A DNA stretch of 64,000 bases from a virus (IMGVR_UViG_2791355159_000004:10229-74228), one strand, 5' to 3'. Shown: positions 37,290-47,371, numbered from the stretch's first letter. Notes: generated by a model not told the origin, from the sequence alone. Made by a program: numbers and translations.

Positions 37290-37691
37290 ATGCGCGACAT
37301 TCAACTGGTTTTAGAGCGTTGGGGCGGCTGGGCCGCAAATGAAGGTACTCAGGTTAGCTGGAATCCAACCAGCCCGATGTTTATTACACTGCTGCCTAAA
37401 AGCACCAGTAGCCGTCTTTCGTGCTGCGATAATGACGGCATGATTATTGATACTGCGGTCGGCATGCTCAATAAGGTAGGTCGGCTGGATGAACTGGATT
37501 TAATCATGGCGCATTATCGCTATGACGTGTCTAAGTCCTCTATTGCTCGCTGGCTTAAATGTTCCGAAGGTAAAGTCAGGCAAAAGCTGATGATCGCAGA
37601 AACGTTTATTGACGCCTGCATACTGATGACCGATTGCTGCCTTGAAATGGATGAAGCCACGAAGAAAACTATTTTCAAAGAAATCGCTTAA
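37290..37691 (+). CDS. Antitermination protein Q
   Basis: MRDIQLVLERWGGWA motif; precedes lysis. Confidence 0.9.
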   Translation: MRDIQLVLERWGGWAANEGTQVSWNPTSPMFITLLPKSTSSRLSCCDNDGMIIDTAVGMLNKVGRLDELDLIMAHYRYDVSKSSIARWLKCSEGKVRQKLMIAETFIDACILMTDCCLEMDEATKKTIFKEIA

Positions 37692-37762
37692 TCTGCTTTT
37701 CGTTACGAATTTCTATATGTAATCTGTTAAGAGTGGTAACAACGCATAGCTTCTTAAATTAG

Positions 37763-37791
37763 AAACCTCGCCAAAGGGCGGGGTTTTTTTT
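37763..37791 (+). terminator. tR'-like terminator
   Basis: Hairpin plus T run just downstream of Q. Confidence 0.75.
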
Positions 37792-37976
37792 ATTTCCACA
37801 CAATACCAAAGGCATTGAGCGCAGACGCTTATAAGGTCTGTCCAGGACTGCAAACCTGTAGCGCCTTTCATATTGTGATAAATACCTAAATTTACCCTGT
37901 TGCCGACGGGCAAGGCTGTTACCGCGATTTGCGTCAGGGTATCTTATTGTTACTCTTTGATTTAGATTGGAGCTAA

Positions 37977-38080
37977 TGCGGTGAATCCCCCTCAGCGGCG
38001 GGGCTAGGTCAGTAGAAGTGATTGTTTAGCGACTCAGGATTCTCGCCTTACTGAGTCACCGGGAGGCACCCGGCACCGCA
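37977..38080 (+). ncRNA. Structured RNA element in the late leader (second copy of the motif)
   Basis: TGCGGTGAAT...CACCGGGAGGCACCCGGCACCGCA. Confidence 0.6.
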
Positions 38081-38129
38081 GGCTTATCACAACAATTTCA
38101 AAACCATCAGATGTTACGATCACATAGAT

Positions 38130-38215
38130 AAAAAAATCCCGCAATGCCCAGGAGCATAAATTTGCGGGATTAAAAGAGATTCAAGGTTCCTCTGACGGAT
38201 CATCCGTCGGGCTGC
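38130..38215 (-). ncRNA. Putative sRNA antisense to the late transcript
   Basis: CTACTAT -10-like element, 5' hairpin, AATCCCGCAA...TTGCGGGATT terminator with U run. Confidence 0.5.
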
Positions 38216-38428
38216 ATAGTAGGCTATTCGTTTAGCTTTACCAGTAGGACCAGTCTTAAGTATATTTTATTTTCAATATCTTAACTATTCAGAATCATAA
38301 GGCTCGCTTCGGCGGGCCTTTTCGTTTTTGCGCCCGGCCAATCAACTCAAGCTGAACCTTAACCGATGTGGCTGAGGCGGATTTCTCTTTAACTACAGAC
38401 AGCACCGACCGTAACCACGGAGGTGACC

Positions 38429-38680
38429 ATGAGTATCAACCATATGAGCAAACTAGCATCAGGAGCGGCATACGGTGCGGCTGGTTCGGCTGTAGCCAAT
38501 GGCGTACTAACGCGACTCAGCCCGGATGAATGGAGTGCGGTAGGCGTTATCGCCGGTATTGTTCTGGCTCTGATGACGTTTGCTATCAACGCGTATTTTA
38601 AGCGCAAAGTTTCTCTCGCTCAGATAAGGGCGCTGGAGCAGCGCGGCTATATCCCGTCCGATAAGCTGGGAGAGGAATAA
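38429..38680 (+). CDS. Pinholin (phage 21 S-like)
   Basis: Two TM segments, SPDEWSAVGV, possible dual start. Confidence 0.85.
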   Translation: MSINHMSKLASGAAYGAAGSAVANGVLTRLSPDEWSAVGVIAGIVLALMTFAINAYFKRKVSLAQIRALEQRGYIPSDKLGEE

Positions 38681-38682
38681 TT

Positions 38683-39186
38683 ATGGCTATGTCAGCCAGT
38701 CTGCGAAACAAACTGATTGCCGCAGCGGGCGGCGGCTCGATGCTTATCGCCTCACTCTTCATCGGTGGTAAAGACGGTGTAGAAGGCCGCGTTTATGAGC
38801 CTTATAAAGATGTGGCTGGCGTCTGGACGGTCTGTGATGGGCATACCGGTAACGACATCATCAAAGGTAAGAAGTACACCGACCGCGAGTGTGATCGCCT
38901 GCTGTGGAATGACCTGCAGCCTGTAAAGAAAACGGTCGATAGCCTGGTTACGGTGCCGCTGAATGAATATCAGCGCGCCTCGCTTTACAGCTTTACCTAC
39001 AACGTAGGCTCTGGTGCATTCTCCAAATCATCTCTTCTGAGAAAACTGAATGCTGGCGACCAGGCTGGTGCATGTGAAGAGCTTCGCCGCTGGGTCTATG
39101 CCGGTGGTATGAAGTGGCACGGTCTGATGAACCGCCGTGAAATGGAGCGCTCCATGTGTCTCGCGGAAGGTCCAAATGACATTTAG
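38683..39186 (+). CDS. SAR endolysin (phage 21 R-like lysozyme)
   Basis: Gly/Ala-rich SAR segment, EG...YKDVAGVWTVCDGHT. Confidence 0.93.
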   Translation: MAMSASLRNKLIAAAGGGSMLIASLFIGGKDGVEGRVYEPYKDVAGVWTVCDGHTGNDIIKGKKYTDRECDRLLWNDLQPVKKTVDSLVTVPLNEYQRASLYSFTYNVGSGAFSKSSLLRKLNAGDQAGACEELRRWVYAGGMKWHGLMNRREMERSMCLAEGPNDI

Positions 39187-39559
39187 CTGGCGCATATACC
39201 TGCTAACCATCGCAGTGATGATTGTAATTTCAACGGGGTACGGGGAAATTCGATACCTCAATGGCTGGTATGCTCATAGCGCTAAGGTAAATGCTGACTA
39301 TGCGCAGAAGAAACAGAAGGCAGAAGCCAGACTGGTTCCAGCAGAGCAGAAAGCGGCTGCGGCCAATACAGCAGGCAAAGTCATATATAAAACCATAACC
39401 CGCGATGTGGTGAAATATGTTCAGTATCCGAATCGTATTGTGTGCCGCTTTGATGATGATGCTGTCAGCATGCGCCAGCGAGCAATCGACGCTGCCAACA
39501 ATATCTCAGGATTTGATGAGCCCACCGTGCAAACTCAGTCAGGCGGGAAGCGACACTGA
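39176..39559 (+). CDS. i-spanin (Rz-like)
   Basis: N-terminal TM segment and coiled coil after the endolysin. Confidence 0.75.
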   Translation: MTFSWRIYLLTIAVMIVISTGYGEIRYLNGWYAHSAKVNADYAQKKQKAEARLVPAEQKAAAANTAGKVIYKTITRDVVKYVQYPNRIVCRFDDDAVSMRQRAIDAANNISGFDEPTVQTQSGGKRH

Positions 39560-39656
39560 TGCAGACCTGCAATCCGATGTGGAAAACGCAGAGTGCGTGA
39601 GAGCGCTCCGGCTAAACATCTATCGCTGGCAGGCATGGTACGGCGTGACGCATTAA
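39417..39656 (+). CDS. o-spanin (Rz1-like lipoprotein)
   Basis: LSAC lipobox; overlaps Rz in another frame. Confidence 0.78.
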   Translation: MFSIRIVLCAALMMMLSACASEQSTLPTISQDLMSPPCKLSQAGSDTDADLQSDVENAECVRALRLNIYRWQAWYGVTH

Positions 39657-39725
39657 TTGCGCTGGATATTGCAAAATTTGAGTTAAAAACTGGTCTGATG
39701 AGATTGCATGGGCTAGGGTTCAGAT

Positions 39726-40070
39726 ATGGACCAGATGATAATAGAGGTCGTTTTGCTTAGGAACGATTTTGACACTGAGTTTTATGCTCTTCAGATTCGA
39801 CAGCTGGCTGCACAGTATCAGTCTGGCGCCGAGTTGTCAGAAATCAAGGCTTTGGTGGACAAGTCCATAAAATCTATGGAATCTATTCTTCAGTATGACT
39901 GTGATTACCAGCTACAGAAATGGTCGGAGCTTTTCGAAAGCCTTCATGCTTACGCTAACAAATTTTCAGATCCAGACTGGATGACAGTTATGTCCTATGC
40001 CCGAAAGCAAGTAAGCCGTAAGAAAGGCGCAGCGAATGCAAGGCATAAATATCTTCATCAAATCACATGA
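39726..40070 (+). CDS. Hypothetical moron protein (paralogue A)
   Basis: AT-rich; similar to 40149-40457. Confidence 0.7.
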   Translation: MDQMIIEVVLLRNDFDTEFYALQIRQLAAQYQSGAELSEIKALVDKSIKSMESILQYDCDYQLQKWSELFESLHAYANKFSDPDWMTVMSYARKQVSRKKGAANARHKYLHQIT

Positions 40071-40148
40071 AAATTAGGTTAATTAATAACAGCATTATTG
40101 TGATTTGAATGAAAATGCATAGTTTACGCTAACTCAGCGGAGGAAAAT

Positions 40149-40457
40149 TTGGAAGGAACTGAGGTAGATATTGAGTACTTTGCCATGGAGCTAAGAAAAC
40201 TGGCCGGATCATTCCAGTCGGGCAAAAGCCTCAAGGAAACCAAGCATGAGGTCGATCGCCTTATTGTCTCAATCAGGAATAAGCTTGGGCCTGACAAAAA
40301 GGTTCAGATAAGCTTCTGGACCGCGCTCTTACATCGTCTCGAATTTTGCAATACCCCTAAAGCAGATCCCAGATGGCTCGTCATCATACGTCATGCAAAT
40401 TACAGGATAAAATCCAGACTTTATACAGCGATCCATTATCGCCGCCGCTTTAAATAG
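40149..40457 (+). CDS. Hypothetical moron protein (paralogue B)
   Basis: GAGG RBS, TTG start, terminator at ~40480-40501. Confidence 0.72.
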   Translation: MEGTEVDIEYFAMELRKLAGSFQSGKSLKETKHEVDRLIVSIRNKLGPDKKVQISFWTALLHRLEFCNTPKADPRWLVIIRHANYRIKSRLYTAIHYRRRFK

Positions 40458-40513
40458 TGAAGTAAAAAAAGAATGAATAGGCCGCCTCTGGGCGGTTTTT
40501 TATTGGGGCGCTC

Positions 40514-40864
40514 ATGCCATCAGCTATCGCTCGCGCATGCCGAAAACTTGGCTGCGGGAAGACTACAACAGACCGATCAGGCTACTGTGATGACCATCGC
40601 AATGAAGGCTGGCAGCAGCATCAGCGTGGACAGAGCCGACACCAGCGTGGCTATGGCAGTAAGTGGGATGTTATTCGTGTACGCATCCTGAAGCGTGACC
40701 GGTATGTATGCCAGCAGTGCCTGGCGAACGGCAGGCCGGTACCAGCATCGACTGTAGACCACATCAAACCTAAGGCACATGGTGGCACCGATGAAGATAG
40801 TAATCTTCAGGCTTTATGTTGGTCATGCCACAGAGCCAAGACGGCAACGGAGAGAAACAAATGA
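40514..40864 (+). CDS. HNH endonuclease (packaging-associated)
   Basis: CQQC...VDHI...NLQALCWSCH. Confidence 0.92.
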   Translation: MPSAIARACRKLGCGKTTTDRSGYCDDHRNEGWQQHQRGQSRHQRGYGSKWDVIRVRILKRDRYVCQQCLANGRPVPASTVDHIKPKAHGGTDEDSNLQALCWSCHRAKTATERNK

Positions 40865-41046
40865 ATGCTGACCAACAAACACTGCTGATGTTCAAAGGCT
40901 TGATTGCATCTATGCCTGAAGAATCCCAGGTAAAAGTGAAGCAAGCAGAAGATAAGCTGCGCGTTGTATTGAGCGAATATCCTGAAGGAGAAGCTTTGGT
41001 AGCTTTTGGACTGATTGGGGCGCAATTACAGACCGAATCGCCATAA
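40861..41046 (+). CDS. Hypothetical protein
   Basis: Coupled to the HNH stop codon. Confidence 0.6.
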   Translation: MNADQQTLLMFKGLIASMPEESQVKVKQAEDKLRVVLSEYPEGEALVAFGLIGAQLQTESP

Positions 41047-41121
41047 GTGAGAATAAATATCATTTAAGGAAATTCAGGGGATAGGGCGGGTAAAAACTTC
41101 AGGGCTTTGGGTCTAAAGGAC

Positions 41122-41131
41122 CGCCGCCTAA
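41122..41131 (+). other. HK97-like cos candidate (CGCCGCCTAA)
   Basis: Lies between HNH and terS; similar to the HK97 3' overhang CGCCGCCAAA. Confidence 0.55.
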
Positions 41132-41207
41132 CCTTTTTTCACACCGCCGCAGGTTAGAAAACTTTTTTTGGGGTCCCCCAACCAGTAATTAATAGGAGTT
41201 TTCGATT

Positions 41208-41681
41208 ATGCCAGGACCACCGAAAACCCCGACACATCTGGCTTTGGTGAAGGGGAACCCATCAAAACGGGCAGTAAATAAAAAAGAGCCAAAACCGCCT
41301 TCTGGGGTACCCCCAATTCCGAAGCATTTCGACAAGATGGGGAAGTACTGGTTTAAGCGAATTGGCGAAGAGCTTGATGCGGTCGGCGTGATGACCACCC
41401 TCGACGGCAAAGCGCTTGAATTGCTGATCGAGGCTTACACCGAGTACCGGCAACACTGCGACGTTCTGGCCGAGGAGGGATACACCTATAAAACGGTGTC
41501 AGCTACTGGCGAGGAGATCGTGAAGGCACACCCTGCAGCAGTAATGAAGTCCGATGCCTGGAAGCGCATCAGGGCAATGCTCGCTGAATTCGGTATGACC
41601 CCGTCCAGCCGATCAAAGGTTGGCGCAAAAGGTCCGGCTGAGGCCGATCCCCTGGAAGAATTTCTGAAAAAGCGCAAATGA
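41208..41681 (+). CDS. Terminase small subunit (P27 family)
   Basis: KGNP...HPA...EFGMTPSSR. Confidence 0.92.
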   Translation: MPGPPKTPTHLALVKGNPSKRAVNKKEPKPPSGVPPIPKHFDKMGKYWFKRIGEELDAVGVMTTLDGKALELLIEAYTEYRQHCDVLAEEGYTYKTVSATGEEIVKAHPAAVMKSDAWKRIRAMLAEFGMTPSSRSKVGAKGPAEADPLEEFLKKRK

Positions 41682-41684
41682 TGA

Positions 41685-43415
41685 ATGGCAACCGTCCAAG
41701 CTGGTATCCAGTACGCCGAGCGCGTGCTGTCTGGCGAGATTGTTGCTGGCGAACTGGTGCGCCTGGCGTGTCAGCGATTCCTTAATGATTTAGAGCATGG
41801 GCCGGAACGCGGTATCTACTTCAGTGAGGACCGCGCTCAGCACATTCTCGACTTTTATAATTTTGTTCCGCACGTTAAAGGCGCGCTGGCGGGTAAGCCG
41901 ATTGAGCTTATGCCGTGGCACATCTTCATCCTGATAAACCTGTTTGGCTTCATCATCCCTCTGATTGATGAAACAACGGGCGAGCAGGTAATGGACGATG
42001 ACGGCGATCCGGTTATGGTTCGCCGGTTTCGCACTGCCTATAACGAAGTGGCGCGTAAAAACGCTAAGTCTACCGTCTCGTCTGGTATTGGCCTTTATAT
42101 GACCGGCGCGGACGGCGAGGGCGGCGCTGAGGTTTATTCAGCTGCAACGACTCGCGATCAAGCACGCATCGTCTTTGATGACGCCAAAAACATGATTAAG
42201 AAAGCGCCCCGCACGCTGGGGCGGCTTTTTGGTCACGTCAAACTGAACATTCACCAGGAGAGAACGGCTTCGAAGTTTGAGCCGCTTTCCAGTGACGCCA
42301 ATAACCTCGACGGCCTGAATATTCACTGCGGCATAGTCGATGAGCTGCACGCTCACCGCACCCGTGATGTTTGGGACGTGCTGGAAACAGCAACGGGTGC
42401 GCGTCTTCAGTCGCTGCTGTTCGCCATCACCACAGCGGGAACCAACAAAGAGGGTATCTGTTTCGAGCAGCGCGATTACGCCATTAAGGTGCTGCGCGGC
42501 GTGGTGGACGATGACACGTATTTTGCTGTCATTTACACGCTGGACGAAGACGACGATCCCTTTGATGAAGCGAACTGGCCGAAAGCCAACCCCGGACTCG
42601 GTGTCTGTAAGCGCTGGGATGACATGCGCCGCCTGGCGAAAAAGGCGAAAGAGCAGGTCGCCGCGCGCCCGAACTTTTTCACCAAGCATCTGAACATCTG
42701 GGTCACAGCTGAAAGCGCATGGATGGACATGGATCGCTGGGCGAAGATGACGGCCACTGCCGAAGAGGCTCAGCGTAAAGGCTGGCCACTTTGGGTCGGT
42801 GTGGACCTCGCAAACAAAATTGATATTTGCGCTGCTGTAAAAACCTGGCGTGACCCTACAGGGGAAACGCATATGCAGCCCCGCTTCTGGCTGCCAGAGG
42901 GGCGTATAGAAACGGCACCTAACCATATTGCTGAGCTTTACCGCAAGTGGGCCGATGCCGGTTACCTTGAGCTGACAGACGGGGATGTTATCGACCATGG
43001 GGTGATCAAAGCCGAAATAGTGGAGTGGGTTAAAGGCGAGAACATCAAAGAGATCGCATTCGACCCTTGGAGCGCATTGCAATTTAGCCTGGCGTTAGCC
43101 GAAGAAGGCTTACCGCTGGTTGAAGTGCCGCAGACGGTCAAAAACCTGTCTGAGTCCATGAAGTCAGTTCAGGCAGAGATATACGGCAATAAATTTCATC
43201 ATGACGGGAATCCCGTCATGACCTGGATGATGTCGAATATCACAGTCAAGCCTGACAAAAATGACAACATCTTCCCGAACAAATCCACGCCGGAAAACAA
43301 AATTGACGGTCCCGTTGCATTATTCACTGCCAAGAGCCGACTTCTGGTGAATGGCGGCGGTGATGCGCAGGACCTGAGCGGCTTCTTTGAAAATCCGATA
43401 ATGATAGGTTTCTGA
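41685..43415 (+). CDS. Terminase large subunit
   Basis: ARKNAKS Walker A, VDELH Walker B, KIDG. Confidence 0.95.
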   Translation: MATVQAGIQYAERVLSGEIVAGELVRLACQRFLNDLEHGPERGIYFSEDRAQHILDFYNFVPHVKGALAGKPIELMPWHIFILINLFGFIIPLIDETTGEQVMDDDGDPVMVRRFRTAYNEVARKNAKSTVSSGIGLYMTGADGEGGAEVYSAATTRDQARIVFDDAKNMIKKAPRTLGRLFGHVKLNIHQERTASKFEPLSSDANNLDGLNIHCGIVDELHAHRTRDVWDVLETATGARLQSLLFAITTAGTNKEGICFEQRDYAIKVLRGVVDDDTYFAVIYTLDEDDDPFDEANWPKANPGLGVCKRWDDMRRLAKKAKEQVAARPNFFTKHLNIWVTAESAWMDMDRWAKMTATAEEAQRKGWPLWVGVDLANKIDICAAVKTWRDPTGETHMQPRFWLPEGRIETAPNHIAELYRKWADAGYLELTDGDVIDHGVIKAEIVEWVKGENIKEIAFDPWSALQFSLALAEEGLPLVEVPQTVKNLSESMKSVQAEIYGNKFHHDGNPVMTWMMSNITVKPDKNDNIFPNKSTPENKIDGPVALFTAKSRLLVNGGGDAQDLSGFFENPIMIGF

Positions 43416-44719
43416 TGAAAAAGAATAAGCAGCCTGGCAAGGTAAAAAGCGCCTTGCTTAACTGGCTCGGTGTCCCTATCAGTCTGACGACCGGGACATT
43501 CTGGGAGGAATGGTTAGGCATGAGCAGCAGCGGAAAGGTGGTGTCGGCTGATAAAGCGATCCACCTTTCTGCCGTCTGGGCCTGCGTCAGACTTCTGAGC
43601 GAGTCGGTTTCAACCCTGCCACTTAAAATTTACGCGCGGCAGGCAGACGGTTCACGAAAGCCAGCAACGGATCATCCGGTCTATCAGGTGCTATGCCGGC
43701 GCCCAAATATGGAAATGACGCCTTCGCGATTCATGCTGATGCTGGTGGCCAGTATCTGCCTGCGCGGCAACGCCTTCATTGAAAAAAAGATGATAGGCAG
43801 CAAGCTCGTTTCGCTCGTTCCGCTGTTACCACAGAATATGGTGGTGAAGCGCCTCGAAAACGGCCGGCTGGAATACACCTATACCGAAAACGGACAGAAG
43901 CGAGTTATTCCAGAAAAAAACCTGATGCATATTCGCGGGTTTGGTCTTGATGGTGTCTGCGGAATGATGCCAATGAGGGAAGGGCGCGACGTTATCGGGG
44001 CGGCAATGGCCGTTGAGGAGTCAGCAGCAAAAATATTCGAAAACGGGCTGCAAAGTTCAGGTTTTTTGTCCGCTGAACAGGCCTTGGACGCAGAGCAGCG
44101 CGAACGGCTGCGGGGCTACATGCAGGCGTTTACCGGTTCCAAAAATGCCGGAAAGATTATGGTTCTGGAAGGCGGGCTGAAGTATCAGAACGTCACGATG
44201 AACCCTGAAGCGGCGCAGATGCTGGAATCGCGGGCGTTCAGCATTGAAGAAATCTGCCGCTGGTTTCGCGTGCCAGCATTTATGGTGGGGCATGCGGATA
44301 AGCAAAGCAGCTGGGCTTCCAGTGTTGAGGGGATGAACCTGCAGTTCCTGACCAACACGCTGCGCCCGCTGCTGGTAAATATAGAACAAGAGATTTCCCG
44401 CTGTCTGCTTGATGGCGATGATGATTTGTTTGCTGAATTCTCTGTTGAGGGGCTACTGCGCGCTGACAGCGCCGGGCGCTCTGCGTATTACACGACCGCG
44501 CTGCAAAATGGCTGGATGTCACGTAATGACGTTCGCCGCCTGGAGAACATGCCTCCGATTGAAGGTGGTGATCTCTACACCGTGCAGCTCAACCTGACGC
44601 CGCTGGAAGACCTGAAACAAAACAGCAAGGCAGCGCAGGCGGCAAACCTTCTCAAGGTCCATAACTTCGTTTTTCCTGATATTCCGTTCGAACAATCCCC
44701 GCTGAAACAGGCGGCTTAG
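43415..44719 (+). CDS. Portal protein (HK97 family)
   Basis: LRGNA, EICRWFRVP and NDVRRLEN motifs. Confidence 0.95.
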   Translation: MKKNKQPGKVKSALLNWLGVPISLTTGTFWEEWLGMSSSGKVVSADKAIHLSAVWACVRLLSESVSTLPLKIYARQADGSRKPATDHPVYQVLCRRPNMEMTPSRFMLMLVASICLRGNAFIEKKMIGSKLVSLVPLLPQNMVVKRLENGRLEYTYTENGQKRVIPEKNLMHIRGFGLDGVCGMMPMREGRDVIGAAMAVEESAAKIFENGLQSSGFLSAEQALDAEQRERLRGYMQAFTGSKNAGKIMVLEGGLKYQNVTMNPEAAQMLESRAFSIEEICRWFRVPAFMVGHADKQSSWASSVEGMNLQFLTNTLRPLLVNIEQEISRCLLDGDDDLFAEFSVEGLLRADSAGRSAYYTTALQNGWMSRNDVRRLENMPPIEGGDLYTVQLNLTPLEDLKQNSKAAQAANLLKVHNFVFPDIPFEQSPLKQAA

Positions 44720-44730
44720 GAGCTATTCCC

Positions 44731-45579
44731 ATGACACTGAAAAGCCTTCCGGCAGCGCCGGCGGGGCGGCCTTCTGCGCTCTCAAAACGGGACCTGCCGT
44801 CTGCCGCTATGGAACGCTGGAACGGCGGCATCAAAGCTGCCAAGTCCGATGACAACAGCATTTCTATTTTTGACGTAATCGGCGCGGATTACTGGGGAGA
44901 AGGCGTAACGGCCAGCCGCATAGCTGGTGCGCTGCGTTCGCTCAACGGGGCTGACGTAACGGTCAATGTCAACTCGCCGGGTGGCGACATGTTCGAAGGC
45001 CTGGCGATTTATAACCTGCTGCGCGAGTACGAAGGAAAAGTAACGGTGAAGGTGCTGGGTCTTGCGGCTTCAGCGGCCTCCATCATTGCGATGGCCGGGG
45101 ACGATATTCAGATCGGGCGCGGCGCGTTCCTGATGATCCACAACTGCTGGGTTTATGCGATGGGTAATCGCCATGACCTGGCGCAAATCGCGTCGGACAT
45201 GGAGCCTTTCGACAAGGCTATGGGCGATATCTATTCGGTGCGAACCGGCCTCAGCAAAGAGGAGGTCGCCTCGATGATGGACGGAGAAACCTATATCGGC
45301 GGCAGTGACGCAGTTGATAAAGGTTTTGCCGATCGCCTCCTTTCCGCTGACGAAATTTCCGACGACGACGACAGCCCTGAGGCGGCGCTGCGCAAGCTCG
45401 ATGCGCTGCTGGCTAAGACTGATACCCCGCGTTCTGAGCGGCGCAAACTGTTAAAAGCTTTATCCGGCAGCAAGCCAGGCGCTGCTGCCACTCCTGAAGG
45501 TATGCCGGGCGCTACCGACGAAATCAACCCTGAAAATATCAAAACTCTTGAAGCCGCTCTGTCGGCGTTCGGCAAATAA
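44731..45579 (+). CDS. ClpP-like head maturation protease
   Basis: NSPGG, AASAAS and MIHN motifs. Confidence 0.93.
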   Translation: MTLKSLPAAPAGRPSALSKRDLPSAAMERWNGGIKAAKSDDNSISIFDVIGADYWGEGVTASRIAGALRSLNGADVTVNVNSPGGDMFEGLAIYNLLREYEGKVTVKVLGLAASAASIIAMAGDDIQIGRGAFLMIHNCWVYAMGNRHDLAQIASDMEPFDKAMGDIYSVRTGLSKEEVASMMDGETYIGGSDAVDKGFADRLLSADEISDDDDSPEAALRKLDALLAKTDTPRSERRKLLKALSGSKPGAAATPEGMPGATDEINPENIKTLEAALSAFGK

Positions 45580-45588
45580 GGAAACTCC

Positions 45589-46806
45589 ATGTCTGAAGTA
45601 AACGAAATTCTGAAAAAAGTTACCGCCAGTATTGAAGAGGCAAACGGTAAGTTCAGTGCAAAAGCCGAAGAGGCGCTGAAAGAGGCTAAAAAATCCGGCT
45701 CACTTTCCGAAGAAACTAAGGCTGCTGTAGATAAAATGGCATCTGAGTTTAACGCGCTGCGCGAAGCGGAAAAGACGCTGAAGGCTGCTCTGGGCGATCT
45801 GGAGCAGCATGTTGCCAATATGCCGCTGAACGCTGCTAAAAAAGTGGCAGAGACGGTTGGTCAGGTGGTTATCAGCAATGAAGCACTGAAAGCCTTTGCG
45901 GCCAGCGTGGAGGGCGGCAAGCGTGTCAGCGTGCCGGTTAACGCTGCGCTCCTGTCCACTGATGTTGCTGATGGGGTGGTTGAACCCCAACGGCTGCCGG
46001 GCATTGACGCCGCGCCTAAGCAGCGCCTGTTTATCCGCGATTTGATCGCACCAGGCCGGACTGCCTCACCTGCTATCTTTTGGGTGCAGCAGACCGGATT
46101 TACTAACGCGGCAAAAGTCGTACCAGAAGGTACTACGAAGCCTTACAGCGACATTCAGTTCGCAACCAAAATCACCGCAGTATCTACCGTCGCGCACTTG
46201 TTTAAAGCATCTAAGCAGATTCTGGATGATTTCTCGCAACTTCAGTCAACGGTCGATACAGAGCTTCGTTTTGGCCTGAAATATGCCGAAGAGCAGGAAA
46301 TCCTTTTCGGCGACGGTACCGGTGTGCATCTACACGGCATTGTCCCCCAGGCCTCTGCATTTGATCCTGCCTTTAGCGTTGAGCAGCAGAATGGTATCGA
46401 CGATCTGCGTCTGGCAATGCTGCAGGCTCAGCTGGCGCGTTTTCCGGCATCCGGTCACGTTCTGCACTTCATCGACTGGGCGAAGATCGAGCTGACCAAA
46501 GACACGCTGGGACGCTATATCCTGGCGAACCCGTCAGCGCTCACCGGCCCGACACTGTGGGGCCTGCCTGTTGTGGCCACCGAGGCCGCCGCGTTCCAGG
46601 GCAAGTTCCTGACCGGCGCCTTCAATGCCGCGGCGCAGCTTTTCGACCGTGAAGACGCCAACGTGGTTATCTCCACCGAGAACGCTGACGACTTCGAGAA
46701 GAACATGATCTCTATCCGCTGTGAAGAGCGCCTGGCGCTGGCCGTTAAGCGTCCTGAAGCTTTTATCTACGGCTCATTTACCGCACCGGCAGCCGCTGGC
46801 GCATAA
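45589..46806 (+). CDS. Major capsid protein (HK97 fold)
   Basis: Delta-domain coiled coil, EERLALAVKRPEAF. Confidence 0.95.
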   Translation: MSEVNEILKKVTASIEEANGKFSAKAEEALKEAKKSGSLSEETKAAVDKMASEFNALREAEKTLKAALGDLEQHVANMPLNAAKKVAETVGQVVISNEALKAFAASVEGGKRVSVPVNAALLSTDVADGVVEPQRLPGIDAAPKQRLFIRDLIAPGRTASPAIFWVQQTGFTNAAKVVPEGTTKPYSDIQFATKITAVSTVAHLFKASKQILDDFSQLQSTVDTELRFGLKYAEEQEILFGDGTGVHLHGIVPQASAFDPAFSVEQQNGIDDLRLAMLQAQLARFPASGHVLHFIDWAKIELTKDTLGRYILANPSALTGPTLWGLPVVATEAAAFQGKFLTGAFNAAAQLFDREDANVVISTENADDFEKNMISIRCEERLALAVKRPEAFIYGSFTAPAAAGA

Positions 46807-46852
46807 CTCCTGACGGCGGCCTGAGGGCCGCCAGTGCAATGAGGAAACAGCC

Positions 46853-47035
46853 ATGAAACTGCGATCCATCAAGCCCATCTACCACCAGGGCGAGGTACTG
46901 ACCGAGGGCACCACGTTTGAAACGCTGGAGCAGCACGGCCGCGAGCTTATCCAGCGGGGCTATGCCGAGGAACCGGGCGCGAAAAAAGAGTCCGGCGACG
47001 ATGGCAGCACCAAAGGCAAGGCGAAAACAAAGTAA
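46853..47035 (+). CDS. Small head-associated hypothetical protein
   Basis: GAGG RBS; position after the capsid gene. Confidence 0.65.
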   Translation: MKLRSIKPIYHQGEVLTEGTTFETLEQHGRELIQRGYAEEPGAKKESGDDGSTKGKAKTK

Positions 47036-47044
47036 GGGGTAATT

Positions 47045-47371
47045 ATGCTGACCGTTGATCAGGTAAAGCATCACTGCAATATCGAGCAGGATTTTACCGA
47101 GGATGATGCCTGGCTGGCGGCCCGCATAAAGGCGGCGGTGCGGTACGTGGAAAACTCTACCCGCCGCACGCTTTATGAAAATGCCGCCGATCCTCTTTAT
47201 CTGGCCGACCCGGACGCGCTGCTGTACGGCGAAGATATTGAAACCGCCATGCTGATGCTAATTGCGCACTGGTATGCAAATCGCGAGGCGGTGGTGACCG
47301 GTGTCAGTGTAGCCACGCCGGATTTTGCCGTTGAAGCTTTTCTTCAGCCCTACAGGATTTATGGCGTATGA
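47045..47371 (+). CDS. Head-tail connector (HK97 gp6-like)
   Basis: LIAHWYANRE motif. Confidence 0.9.
   Translation: MLTVDQVKHHCNIEQDFTEDDAWLAARIKAAVRYVENSTRRTLYENAADPLYLADPDALLYGEDIETAMLMLIAHWYANREAVVTGVSVATPDFAVEAFLQPYRIYGV

Noticed and set aside
37798-37877. tRNA gene downstream of Q
   Set aside because: Stem-loops are present but there is no TTCG T-loop, D-loop GG or CCA arrangement
42138-43082. Long antisense ORFs within head and tail genes (e.g. 314 aa here, 210 aa at 1566-2198, 272 aa at 57097-57915)
   Set aside because: Shadow frames of well-supported genes on the opposite strand
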